DNA from: Cyanobacteria bacterium P01_D01_bin.156
GTDB taxonomy: Bacteria; Cyanobacteriota; Cyanobacteriia; Phormidesmidales; Phormidesmidaceae
Direction of reading: 5' to 3'
Length of the DNA: 64,000 bases
NCBI GenBank assembly: GCA_039024555.1
Contig: JBCCQQ010000008.1
Span: 64,001 to 128,000 of the forward strand
Part shown: positions 37,925-46,016 of the stretch, one piece after another
Numbering within the stretch: position 1 is the stretch's first letter
Layout of the letters: every line of letters starts with the position of its first letter
The notes under the pieces: model-generated
The model's database searches: none
Seen by the model: only the letters and a program-made list of their open reading frames with translations
What the model was told of the DNA's origin: nothing
Made by a program: the position numbers and the translations under genes

Positions 37925-38143
37925 ATGACCCAATCCACCGAAATCACCTATCGCGTAGTTATCAGCGACGAAGAACGTTACTCTATCTGGCCTGAATATA
38001 AAGAAATCCCTTGGGGTTGGAGGGCTGAAGGAAAACTGGGTACTAAACAAGAATGTCTTGATTATATTGGCGAAGTTTGGACCGACATGCGCCCCCTCAG
38101 TTTGAGAAAAGCCATGGCGAAAAACCAGCAAGATAATGATTAG
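37925..38143 (+). CDS. MbtH-like NRPS accessory protein
   Basis: YSIWP...PWGW...[17 protein letters not shown] signature. Confidence 0.96.
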   Translation: MTQSTEITYRVVISDEERYSIWPEYKEIPWGWRAEGKLGTKQECLDYIGEVWTDMRPLSLRKAMAKNQQDND

Positions 38144-38684
38144 TCAGATTGCATCCACAATAGCTACTACCCATACCAGGGAAAGCTCGGTGACGCCAGA
38201 AACGACGCTTAATATGACGACACCAGATAACGCACCCAAGACCCTGGATTTACTCGTGCCCTGGGATATTCCCCTGGAGTACTCGTTGAACGATACAGAA
38301 AAACAGAAGATTCAAATTATATTGGAACAGCTTTTGTACGCGTTAAATACAAAAGATTCTTCCCAGGCACTCGCTCAGGTAGAACAATTACTCACCACTC
38401 TGCCCATACCCAACACTAAGCTAGCCCAGGTGCAGTCCACCAAGACCTCTCTCAGCACCGACGATGTGGACGACTACGACCAGTACTTTGGTATTAATCA
38501 TGTCCAAACTGACGAGACTTCCCTTTGTCTGGTGAGAGGACTATTAACTAACTGTCATCGATTTATTGCACTTTGCCATCAAAATTCTCAGCTTTCATCC
38601 AAGCATGTTGAACAACAAAAACAGGGGTTTATTAGCTATATCCATCTACTAGCAAGAGTCTTTTACCTGGAAGCGTTGTCATGA
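38136..38684 (+). CDS. Hypothetical protein in the NRPS operon (possible partner or N-terminal half of the next heme enzyme)
   Basis: 182-aa ORF overlapping MbtH and coupled by ATGA to the next gene. No motif recognised. Alternative start at ATG38214. Confidence 0.7.
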   Translation: MISQIASTIATTHTRESSVTPETTLNMTTPDNAPKTLDLLVPWDIPLEYSLNDTEKQKIQIILEQLLYALNTKDSSQALAQVEQLLTTLPIPNTKLAQVQSTKTSLSTDDVDDYDQYFGINHVQTDETSLCLVRGLLTNCHRFIALCHQNSQLSSKHVEQQKQGFISYIHLLARVFYLEALS

Positions 38685-39244
38685 ATCAGACCACCCCCCA
38701 AGCCATCTGGCAAGGATTTCACTGGTCCTTTTTTATCAATGTTCAGGGCTTAATTATCAGCCTTAGACGGTTTGAAGCTCAACTGGCCCTTGGCAACCTG
38801 GACCAAGCCGAACAAGAGTTAGTGACTGCAACAGACTTGATGTTGGCATCTGGGGCCTCTATGGAACTGGCTGGCAGCTTTAGCCGGGATGCCTACGAAC
38901 AAGATGTACGACAGTCCATGACACCCCCTCAAGTACGCGCCGACAACTTTAGCGGTCTAATGTCGTGGGAACATGCGGCTCTGATGCAGATTTGGAAGCG
39001 ACTGCGGCCAACATTTGAGGCCCTGCCCAATGAGTTAAAGCCACAACACGATAAGTTTGTACAAGCCTATTTTGAACTTGCCAAGTCTCATCGTGCTATC
39101 TGTGAAAAATTTGGTGGCAGCGAGGGTGGCAGCCTTCGATTTGGCCAAAGCTGCGCAGTCGCCACCCTCGATAAATTTAAAGATAGTCGTCTGGGATTAA
39201 TTGCCCCTAAGCCACGGTCTGATTGTCCCTTTCACATGAATTAA
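38681..39244 (+). CDS. SfmD/LmbB2-like heme-dependent tyrosine hydroxylase (HDAO family), single-domain form
   Basis: ASGASMELAG..Y...VRQSMTPP....FSGL...EH and HRAICEKFGG. His codons at 38972 and 39089 plus Cys at 39101 give H-x38-H-xxx-C. C-terminal CPFH. Confidence 0.72.
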   Translation: MNQTTPQAIWQGFHWSFFINVQGLIISLRRFEAQLALGNLDQAEQELVTATDLMLASGASMELAGSFSRDAYEQDVRQSMTPPQVRADNFSGLMSWEHAALMQIWKRLRPTFEALPNELKPQHDKFVQAYFELAKSHRAICEKFGGSEGGSLRFGQSCAVATLDKFKDSRLGLIAPKPRSDCPFHMN

Positions 39245-39339
39245 GTATGAGGTTAAACCTTGTCCACAACCAAAACTGAAATTTTTCCGAAGAATAATAG
39301 ATAAGAGTATTTGTTCAAGGCTAAAAACACATAAAACAA

Positions 39340-39374
39340 AATCAACCAAGCAATTGTGTTTTACTTGGTTGATT
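39340..39374 (+). terminator. Stem-loop about 100 bp after the NRPS operon end
   Basis: AATCAACCAAG (39340-50) and CTTGGTTGATT (39364-74) form a perfect 11-bp inverted repeat. The U-tract is weak. Confidence 0.45.
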
Positions 39375-40014
39375 AAAATATTTTGCATAAACAATTTAAC
39401 TGACCTTACATTTCAAAACCTACATTGGTCCACCGCCAAACAAATGTCTGCCTGTTTGCGAACACCAATAAATAAGACCACCATTTACAACTTCGGCTTG
39501 CTTATCAGAAAGAGATTTCCATAGCACCGCTTTGACTGTTTCGTTTTCTTTAGATAGTTGCATACATTTAGACATGGAATTTCAACCTGATAACTAGAAA
39601 GAACAATCAGAACCCTTAGTGCATTCACAAGATTCATCTATTCGATTCTATTTTGCTATTAATACACCTACAAGGCAGTAGTACTCTCACTTAATTTCTG
39701 GCTGATAGTTTATAGACCTAGGATAAACAGAACACATCAATTGTGAAGCTTTACCATCTTATTTCGACTGGCATCCATAATCTCCGTATTTATCGGAGTC
39801 GAGGATTCTAGCTCAATCATATTGGGCGATAACGTTTAGAAAGCAGAAAGAGTCAAGGATAGAGCATAATTTACCGTTACTGATTCAGAGGATAAAAAGA
39901 TCTGTAGAACTTATCAATTGTCTGAATATGACAAAAAAAATTATCCTTTGAATCAGCAACGCCCATAATTCTTTCCCAACCTGTCGGTTAAAACTCTGAC
40001 ATTGTATGGCAAGC

Positions 40015-40482
40015 CTATTGCTCAAACTTCTTGGCAATAAGTGCATCTAACGACCACTGCCCTGGACCGTTAGCCAAAAGGAATAAGTACAGCGCACCGT
40101 AGAGCGATGCAGTTTCTAATGGAGTAACTTTTAGGCCATTACCTTTAATGTGAAAGAAAATAGCCACACCCATCGTCGCTAACAAGGCTAAAGCATTCGG
40201 GCGCGTTAAAAATCCTAAAATGATTAATCCAGCGCTGATTACTTCCACATAAGCGGCACAGTAAGTAAAAAAGACTGGATACGGTAGCCCAATGTAGCTA
40301 ACCACGTTATCAGCAAAGCCTTGAATATCCGCTAACTTATCCAAGCCATTGTGAATCATCAAGCCGCCTGCCGCCAGTCGGACAATCAGCCAAACAATCT
40401 GAAATAAAGAACTATCAGATTTACCAGGGGCGAATAGCTTTTGAGGTAAAGAGGATGAAGGTGTGATATCTGAGGATGACAT
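40015..40482 (-). CDS. DoxX family membrane protein
   Basis: RLAAGGLMIHNGLDKL, E...GLIILGFLTR and GPGQWSLD motifs with hydrophobic helices. ATG40482 preferred. Confidence 0.88.
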   Translation of the reverse strand: MSSSDITPSSSLPQKLFAPGKSDSSLFQIVWLIVRLAAGGLMIHNGLDKLADIQGFADNVVSYIGLPYPVFFTYCAAYVEVISAGLIILGFLTRPNALALLATMGVAIFFHIKGNGLKVTPLETASLYGALYLFLLANGPGQWSLDALIAKKFEQ

Positions 40483-40512
40483 AGGAATTAAAAATGGAAA
40501 GCTACATACATT

Positions 40513-40531
40513 ATTGCAATTTATTCTCAAC
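40513..40531. promoter_or_regulatory. Fur-box-like 19-mer upstream of doxX
   Basis: ATTGCAATTTATTCTCAAC (reverse complement GTTGAGAATAAATTGCAAT), a 9-1-9 AT-rich dyad. Confidence 0.6.
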
Positions 40532-40575
40532 AGAGCAGTATTTCAGATATCAATCTTCGAACTAGTCTTATCTCA

Positions 40576-40830
40576 TCATATTTGGACTATTTTTAGTGGC
40601 AAGGTCGTCTGTTGAATGGTCTGAACAATCGCTGGTTCAGACCATTCTGGACTAAATTTAGTAACAACCAACGCAGCTTTTTCAGCGATCGCAGCTGCGC
40701 TTAAATCTTGCTCATATAGAATCTCCAGGGCTCCTAAAACAAACCGTACGATACGCAGTGATCACAAAGATTCCGTAAGGTTAACCATCAATAATGGAGT
40801 CATTGAAACTCCGTAGGTTGGCATTTGTCA
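40576..40830 (-). pseudogene. Remnant of an HslV/proteasome-type Ntn-hydrolase gene
   Basis: The minus strand gives LLMVN / YGIFVITAYRTV / FVLGALEILYEQDLSAAAIAEKAA across frameshifts, with the AIGSG segment missing and a stop at 40576-78. Recognised by eye only. Confidence 0.4.
40614..40647. repeat. Perfect 13-bp inverted repeat with 8-nt loop
   Basis: GAATGGTCTGAAC-AATCGCTG-GTTCAGACCATTC. Confidence 0.85.
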
Positions 40831-40901
40831 TTAGTGATGGCTTCTCAAATTCTGAATATAATTAATTGGTCTACCGGCCAAGAAAGATTCAATATTTCGA
40901 T

Positions 40902-41102
40902 ATGAGGATATCTCCACGCTCGATACTCAATATGGCATTTATCGGCTTAAGTATTCTATTAAGCCTTAACGCATATGGTCACTTTATACTTCACCAACCT
41001 GCAGCTGTACCGTTTTCTAATCAGTGGTGGTCCACTTGGGCTCCATGTTATATGGGTTGGATTGCAGTTTTAGGAGTAGGGCGATTAAGAAGATGTCGAT
41101 AG
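40902..41102 (+). CDS. Small hypothetical membrane protein
   Basis: Two hydrophobic segments (AFIGLSILLSLNAY and WWSTWAPCYMGWIAVLG). ATG40902 preferred. Confidence 0.5.
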   Translation: MRISPRSILNMAFIGLSILLSLNAYGHFILHQPAAVPFSNQWWSTWAPCYMGWIAVLGVGRLRRCR

Positions 41103-41124
41103 TGGAAGGTTCTCCCAAAGACTT

Positions 41125-41934
41125 TTACCGACTTGTTGATGGAGTATATGCCCAAACCTCAAACTTTGCTGTTGAAGATAGCTCAGTTGTGCTTGGGCCA
41201 TAGTATCTGATACAAAACTCTTCGAATTCTTCTACAGCAAGCTGAAAAATGTCATCCGGTGCCCACCAGCAGAAGCCATAGGCACGCGATCTAATATTGC
41301 TTAGCAGCTCTTCAACAGTATTCTTGACGATCCATTCTTTAGCAATCTGATAGGTAGATTGGTAGCCCTTATGGCGCAAGTAGAGATCAGTATCTTCAAT
41401 CAAGTTATCAAGTATCTTGGGAAATTTCACCTCTTCATACTTTGAGAGAATGCGTTTGAAGTGCATTGAGAACTCTTTGTGCGCAGGTGGGGTATTCCAT
41501 TGAGCATTGAGATAAAAACTTTCAGGCTTTAGAACCCTGGCAACCTCGTCAAGAAAGGTTTGCCAATTCGAGACGGTATGAATCATATGAACAGTAAGGG
41601 CCACGTCAAAACTGGAATCTGGAAAGGGCAGTTTTGACGCATCTGCCTGAAGCAGAGTTAGGTTTGGGGGCATCGGTTGCAGTTTTTGCCTAAACTGGTC
41701 GAGCATTTCTTTGGAAATATCGATGCCAGTAACCGGGTAGCCCCGTTTGACCAATGGGAGAACATTTAAGCCTGTACCCACACCGGGTTCTAAAAAACAG
41801 GTACTGGGGGTCGCCTTGACCAGAGCCAGAATAACGTCGGCAACATCTTCAGCAACGTGCTCGGTCATCCAGCGAGTTTGATCATAAATTGAGGCTATTG
41901 CGTTGTAGTAATTTGGCTTAACCATCTCAGGCAA
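41125..41934 (-). CDS. Class I SAM-dependent methyltransferase
   Basis: FLEPGVGTG, GIDISKEML, ADASKLPFPDSSFD and RVLKP. Confidence 0.9.
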   Translation of the reverse strand: MPEMVKPNYYNAIASIYDQTRWMTEHVAEDVADVILALVKATPSTCFLEPGVGTGLNVLPLVKRGYPVTGIDISKEMLDQFRQKLQPMPPNLTLLQADASKLPFPDSSFDVALTVHMIHTVSNWQTFLDEVARVLKPESFYLNAQWNTPPAHKEFSMHFKRILSKYEEVKFPKILDNLIEDTDLYLRHKGYQSTYQIAKEWIVKNTVEELLSNIRSRAYGFCWWAPDDIFQLAVEEFEEFCIRYYGPSTTELSSTAKFEVWAYTPSTSR

Positions 41935-41991
41935 ATTACCTTCGAGATTTAACGGATACTAAGAATTCAATTTCCATAGAGCTAAGCCCAG

Positions 41992-42387
41992 CTACTGACC
42001 TATCCGAAACACATGCCCATCAGGATATCTGACATGAAATTCTCTGACGCCCCAAGGCATATCTTCGGGAGGAAAGACAACCTCAATGCCGTGCTCAATA
42101 GCAAGAGCGTATAGCTGATCTACATTCTCTACCCAAATGGACATCCAGACTCCCTTGTCTTGGGTTTCATCCCCTCCCGGACCAAATGTACTTGAGTTGT
42201 TACCTTTACCACGACCACCCTGTCCATCCTGGCATAGAAAAATCTCACATTCTCCAGAACCTATTGCCCCAAATCCCGGTGGATCACCCCAATCCCACAG
42301 TTTCGTCCATCCCAGCTGGTCAAACCATTCAAAGCTTTCTTGCAAACTTGAAACATTTAGAATTGGGGTAATTGCTTTGGCTTTCAT
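41992..42387 (-). CDS. VOC/glyoxalase-bleomycin resistance family protein
   Basis: TPILNVSSLQESFEWF...PEDMPWGVREFHVRYPDGHVFRIG. Confidence 0.9.
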   Translation of the reverse strand: MKAKAITPILNVSSLQESFEWFDQLGWTKLWDWGDPPGFGAIGSGECEIFLCQDGQGGRGKGNNSSTFGPGGDETQDKGVWMSIWVENVDQLYALAIEHGIEVVFPPEDMPWGVREFHVRYPDGHVFRIGQ

Positions 42388-42647
42388 AAATTCATAACCT
42401 CTAGTTCTAAAATCCTGAGTTCTGTCTGTTCTTTCAGTCCGTATAAAATTCTTATCCTTGTAGTATCAAACATAAAGGTTTTACCGTTGCATCTAGCTCT
42501 GAATCAGCCATTCACGGCTCATAGTTCATCAGCTGAAATCCAGCAAAATAAAAAACTCTCGACGTATTATCTATAACAATCTTTTAACTCTGTCATTAGG
42601 AAAGAAAGTAGATTCTCCATAGCATTGCTCACATCTTTTACCTAGTC

Positions 42648-43076
42648 CTAAACCGCTCTTTGAAAGACCATCCTAACTGCTCGTCCTTCTTCACCCCAAG
42701 GGGCAATATTAGTCATTTGCAGAACCAAACTACCGTCCGGTCTCTTCGAGAGCTTACTGCGCCAACCCCAGGGAGGACCTGAGGGGTCACCATAGGAATA
42801 GTGCACAGTGAAAAGGCCCCAAGCTTCTGCCAAGTCTAGACATTGTACTGGTGTTTTCTGATGCCAACTATCTACCCAAGTAGCACTACTTTCATGAAAT
42901 GTAAAAGACCCTGTTTTTATTTCGTCCTCGTAAACCCATGTATAGGAAAGAACATTCGCCTCTATTTGCAGAGTGCATTCACTAACATCAGCGTTATTAC
43001 CGGCAGGATCAAGCCACAACTCAGCTGTACCTTTCCACTTCGTTTCCTGAAAATCATTGAGCCATAATTGAGCCAT
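42648..43076 (-). CDS. Hypothetical beta-barrel protein (DUF1579-like)
   Basis: WKGTAELWLDP, WVDSWHQ and PPWGWR motifs. Family assignment tentative. Confidence 0.65.
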   Translation of the reverse strand: MAQLWLNDFQETKWKGTAELWLDPAGNNADVSECTLQIEANVLSYTWVYEDEIKTGSFTFHESSATWVDSWHQKTPVQCLDLAEAWGLFTVHYSYGDPSGPPWGWRSKLSKRPDGSLVLQMTNIAPWGEEGRAVRMVFQRAV

Positions 43077-43137
43077 TTTACATATCCTTCACGAATATTA
43101 TCTGCTGCTTTTAGCGTCACAGTTATGCTTGGTTAAG

Positions 43138-43503
43138 CTACAGATTGTTTCCAATCCTCCACAACACACCCGTCGGATCCGTCAAGGTAAAATCACGCAT
43201 TTTCCAGTCTCTATCTTCTGGGTTACCAAGCTTGACGTTATATTTTTCTACGACTTGTTTGTCGCTAATTCGCTGCCACCAGTCATTGGCACTCTCCACG
43301 AGCAGATGCATCATAAAATTATCAGCATGCTCTTTAACATAAAAATTTTGAAGAAGAAAGCTACTACTTCCTGCTGTGAAATATGCCAAATCACTATCAG
43401 ACCACTTTAATTCAAAGCCAATATCAACATAAAATTTTTGGCTTAGGTTAAAATCTCTAGATGGCACGAACGCCTTTGCTTCGATTGTTTGATAGTTTGG
43501 CAT
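43138..43503 (-). CDS. VOC family protein
   Basis: AFVPSRDFNLSQKFYVDIGF...DRDWKMRDFTLTDPTGVLWRIG. Confidence 0.9.
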   Translation of the reverse strand: MPNYQTIEAKAFVPSRDFNLSQKFYVDIGFELKWSDSDLAYFTAGSSSFLLQNFYVKEHADNFMMHLLVESANDWWQRISDKQVVEKYNVKLGNPEDRDWKMRDFTLTDPTGVLWRIGNNL

Positions 43504-43621
43504 TTTCCTTATCCCTTTAAATATTATCTCAACAACATAACGATCAGATTTACGTCCACAAGGTGGCCTCTCTACATCCCCCCCTTTTCAGCACTCTTTG
43601 CACCATATCTAGCAATCGTAG

Positions 43622-44173
43622 TTAGGCCTTGATGTAACCCAGATAAAAACAACAAAGTTCTTCATTACTATTGAATGGAACCTCGTCATCAAATAGTCTC
43701 TCAAGTTTATCCACCGTCCCATGCCATCCTGCAGTGACTGAGGACCAAATTGTTCCAGGGCCACCAGACTGTTGTTCAAATTTCGTCGGCATGCCATTAA
43801 TAGCTTCGGAAGCAAGGACAGTCGGCCCAAAAGTATCCAAAAACATAAAAGTTGTTTCATTGTCACCCTTGGCCTCTAACTCGAATCTCATTCCTCCCGT
43901 TCCACGATAAGAGCCTCTTGGCTCATTGAGAGCGATATAACGAAGTGGCTCATAGCTGGTGATTGTATTATCCCAATGATGACTGAAGAGGCCATCAATC
44001 CTGAGATTAAACACCCTAGGAGGCACTATCCACCACTTTTCTAGACCTTCTTTAGTGCTTACCGCTTGCCAGACCTGCCCAATAGGCGCTTGTACATACC
44101 TCACCCAGCACATCGCATAAGCAGTTATCAAGTGGCCTACTCGGTCAAAACGTATCTCTAAAGTACTTTCCAT
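43622..44173 (-). CDS. SRPBCC/AHSA1-like ligand-binding domain protein
   Basis: RYVQAPIGQVWQAVSTKEGLEKWW...AGWHGTVDKLE. ATG44173 preferred over TTG44197. Confidence 0.8.
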   Translation of the reverse strand: MESTLEIRFDRVGHLITAYAMCWVRYVQAPIGQVWQAVSTKEGLEKWWIVPPRVFNLRIDGLFSHHWDNTITSYEPLRYIALNEPRGSYRGTGGMRFELEAKGDNETTFMFLDTFGPTVLASEAINGMPTKFEQQSGGPGTIWSSVTAGWHGTVDKLERLFDDEVPFNSNEELCCFYLGYIKA

Positions 44174-44478
44174 AAGGCCCTGATGCCTTTCGTTCAAGGA
44201 TATATACTTACGAGGCTACTCAAACTTACCACACAATAAAACATTTGTACTGCCAAAAGTGTTTACCATGAAGCGTACTGTGTGAAACGTTATGATGACA
44301 AATCTTGCGTCAAAGCAATGACCTTCAAAGTCAGTTGCATAGCGCAGTATATTTTCAACTCCAGATTCGTCAGTATCCGCAAACGCTAATATAGCAAATG
44401 AGCCTACACATAGGTCTGTTGAATGAAGTGATCATATCGAGCATTCGCACCTTCAGACGCGCTACGCTTAGCACTTAT

Positions 44479-44497
44479 ATTGAGAATAATTCTACCT
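44479..44497. promoter_or_regulatory. Fur-box-like 19-mer upstream of tyrosinase
   Basis: ATTGAGAATAATTCTACCT, about 90 bp before the start codon. Confidence 0.55.
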
Positions 44498-44588
44498 ATG
44501 AGCGTGCTAATTTATAGAGCTATAGCTCTTCGGATGCTCCGTTTGTGAGAGCCATACCTGTTCGTTTTTAGTCTAACGACATTTTTCT

Positions 44589-45914
44589 GTGCTTCAAAGA
44601 CTGAATTCTACATTTTCGTTTTCAAAGAAGTTAACGCTGAGTTTTTTTATTGGCGTGATTTTGGTAGTTGCGATCGCAATCATTGCCCTTTCCAGGCTGC
44701 ACGATAATTCTGGAGTTTACTATCCTCCTCCCCCAAATGCCACCGGTCCGGAGCTGGTTTTTCCAAATCTTTCCCAGTCTCAAGAACGCCATATACGTAA
44801 AAGCGTGACCGCGCTAACCCCAGAAGAAAAGTTCGCTTTTGTTACTGCCGTCAACACTCTACAATCAACATATCCTGAGGGCTCGCGGCTCAGCCTATAC
44901 GAACAGTTTGTAGTTCAACATATTTTAACCATGGGATTTCGTCAGAGCTTGGGAGCCACCGGTCCGGCTCGCGGGAATCCCGCCCACAGTTATCCAGCGT
45001 TTTTGCCTTGGCATCGACAGTTCCTACTCGACTTTGAGCAGGCGCTGCAGACAGTCGATGAAAGTATCACTATTCCTTACTGGGACTGGACCGATCCAGA
45101 TGCGCTTAACGTGATGCTACAAGAAGATTTTTTGGGAACATCAGGGCAAGGTACCTTTGTTGAAGTTCCTGAACACGGACGCTTTGAGGGCGGTGAGGTA
45201 AAAACTAGCCCATTCGCAGCATGGCAGCTCAACGAAACTCTCCACTTTGATGCCATGACATTAGAGTCGTTAGGACCTCATCTGCTCAGGTTTTCTACGT
45301 TGCCGCCGTTTGATAGCTATCCCTTACCTCAGAGTGAAATCAACAGTCTCTTTAATACCGACAACTATGAAGTGTTTAATGCACTGATTGAAGGTGCACT
45401 AGTGCCGGATAATAATGCTAACTCAGATTATGTTCCTGGTTGGGCGCTACATGCCTTTGCCCACTCTATTATCGGTGGTAGTCAAGTCGATTGGACTGAT
45501 TGGAACCAAGGGATTGCGCACCAAACGGATATTTTAGGCACAATGGACAGCATCCCCTGCTCTCCTTACGATCCTATTTTTTGGCTACATCACGCCAATG
45601 TGGATCGCCTTTGGGCGCAGTGGCAAGATGACGGACACAGTGGTGATGCATTTTATCCAGCAAGCGAACGACCCTTTGGTCATAATCTCTCTGATCCAAT
45701 GTGGCCCTGGGACGGTGGGCTATCTTCTCCCGGTAACTACGGTCCTAAAAATGCAAACCTGACAGAGATGTTTACGCCCCCAGCAGCTACCAAGATTGTT
45801 AGCGCGCAAGATGTCTTAGATTTTCGTCAGCTAGGCTATACCTATACAGATTTAGCTGATGGCACAGAAGCAATAGATAAGACAGAGAACCGTGAGATAG
45901 TCCCAGCTTTATAA
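44589..45914 (+). CDS. Tyrosinase (type-3 copper) with N-terminal signal/anchor
   Basis: CuA QH...AHSYPAFLPWHR, IPYWDWT, CuB LHAFAH...DPIFWLHHANVDRLW. N-terminal KK followed by hydrophobic FFIGVILVVAIAIIAL. Confidence 0.92.
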   Translation: MLQRLNSTFSFSKKLTLSFFIGVILVVAIAIIALSRLHDNSGVYYPPPPNATGPELVFPNLSQSQERHIRKSVTALTPEEKFAFVTAVNTLQSTYPEGSRLSLYEQFVVQHILTMGFRQSLGATGPARGNPAHSYPAFLPWHRQFLLDFEQALQTVDESITIPYWDWTDPDALNVMLQEDFLGTSGQGTFVEVPEHGRFEGGEVKTSPFAAWQLNETLHFDAMTLESLGPHLLRFSTLPPFDSYPLPQSEINSLFNTDNYEVFNALIEGALVPDNNANSDYVPGWALHAFAHSIIGGSQVDWTDWNQGIAHQTDILGTMDSIPCSPYDPIFWLHHANVDRLWAQWQDDGHSGDAFYPASERPFGHNLSDPMWPWDGGLSSPGNYGPKNANLTEMFTPPAATKIVSAQDVLDFRQLGYTYTDLADGTEAIDKTENREIVPAL

Positions 45915-46016
45915 GCTTTAGACTACGACCAGGTGGTTGTACAGCACAAACCTCTGACTAATTCGGTTATTGGTTCTGACGTTCAAGCAATTCAGCTTTC
46001 TGTTTTTCCAAAGATT

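Noticed and set aside
1..39244. Naming the cluster as anachelin, microcystin or another known compound, or assigning gene symbols
   Set aside because: The predicted residue order does not match those structures, the 5' part is missing, and no database comparison was possible.
39245..40014. 770-bp gap as an ncRNA or hidden gene
   Set aside because: AT-rich, with only one convincing hairpin and no recognisable RNA family or credible ORF.
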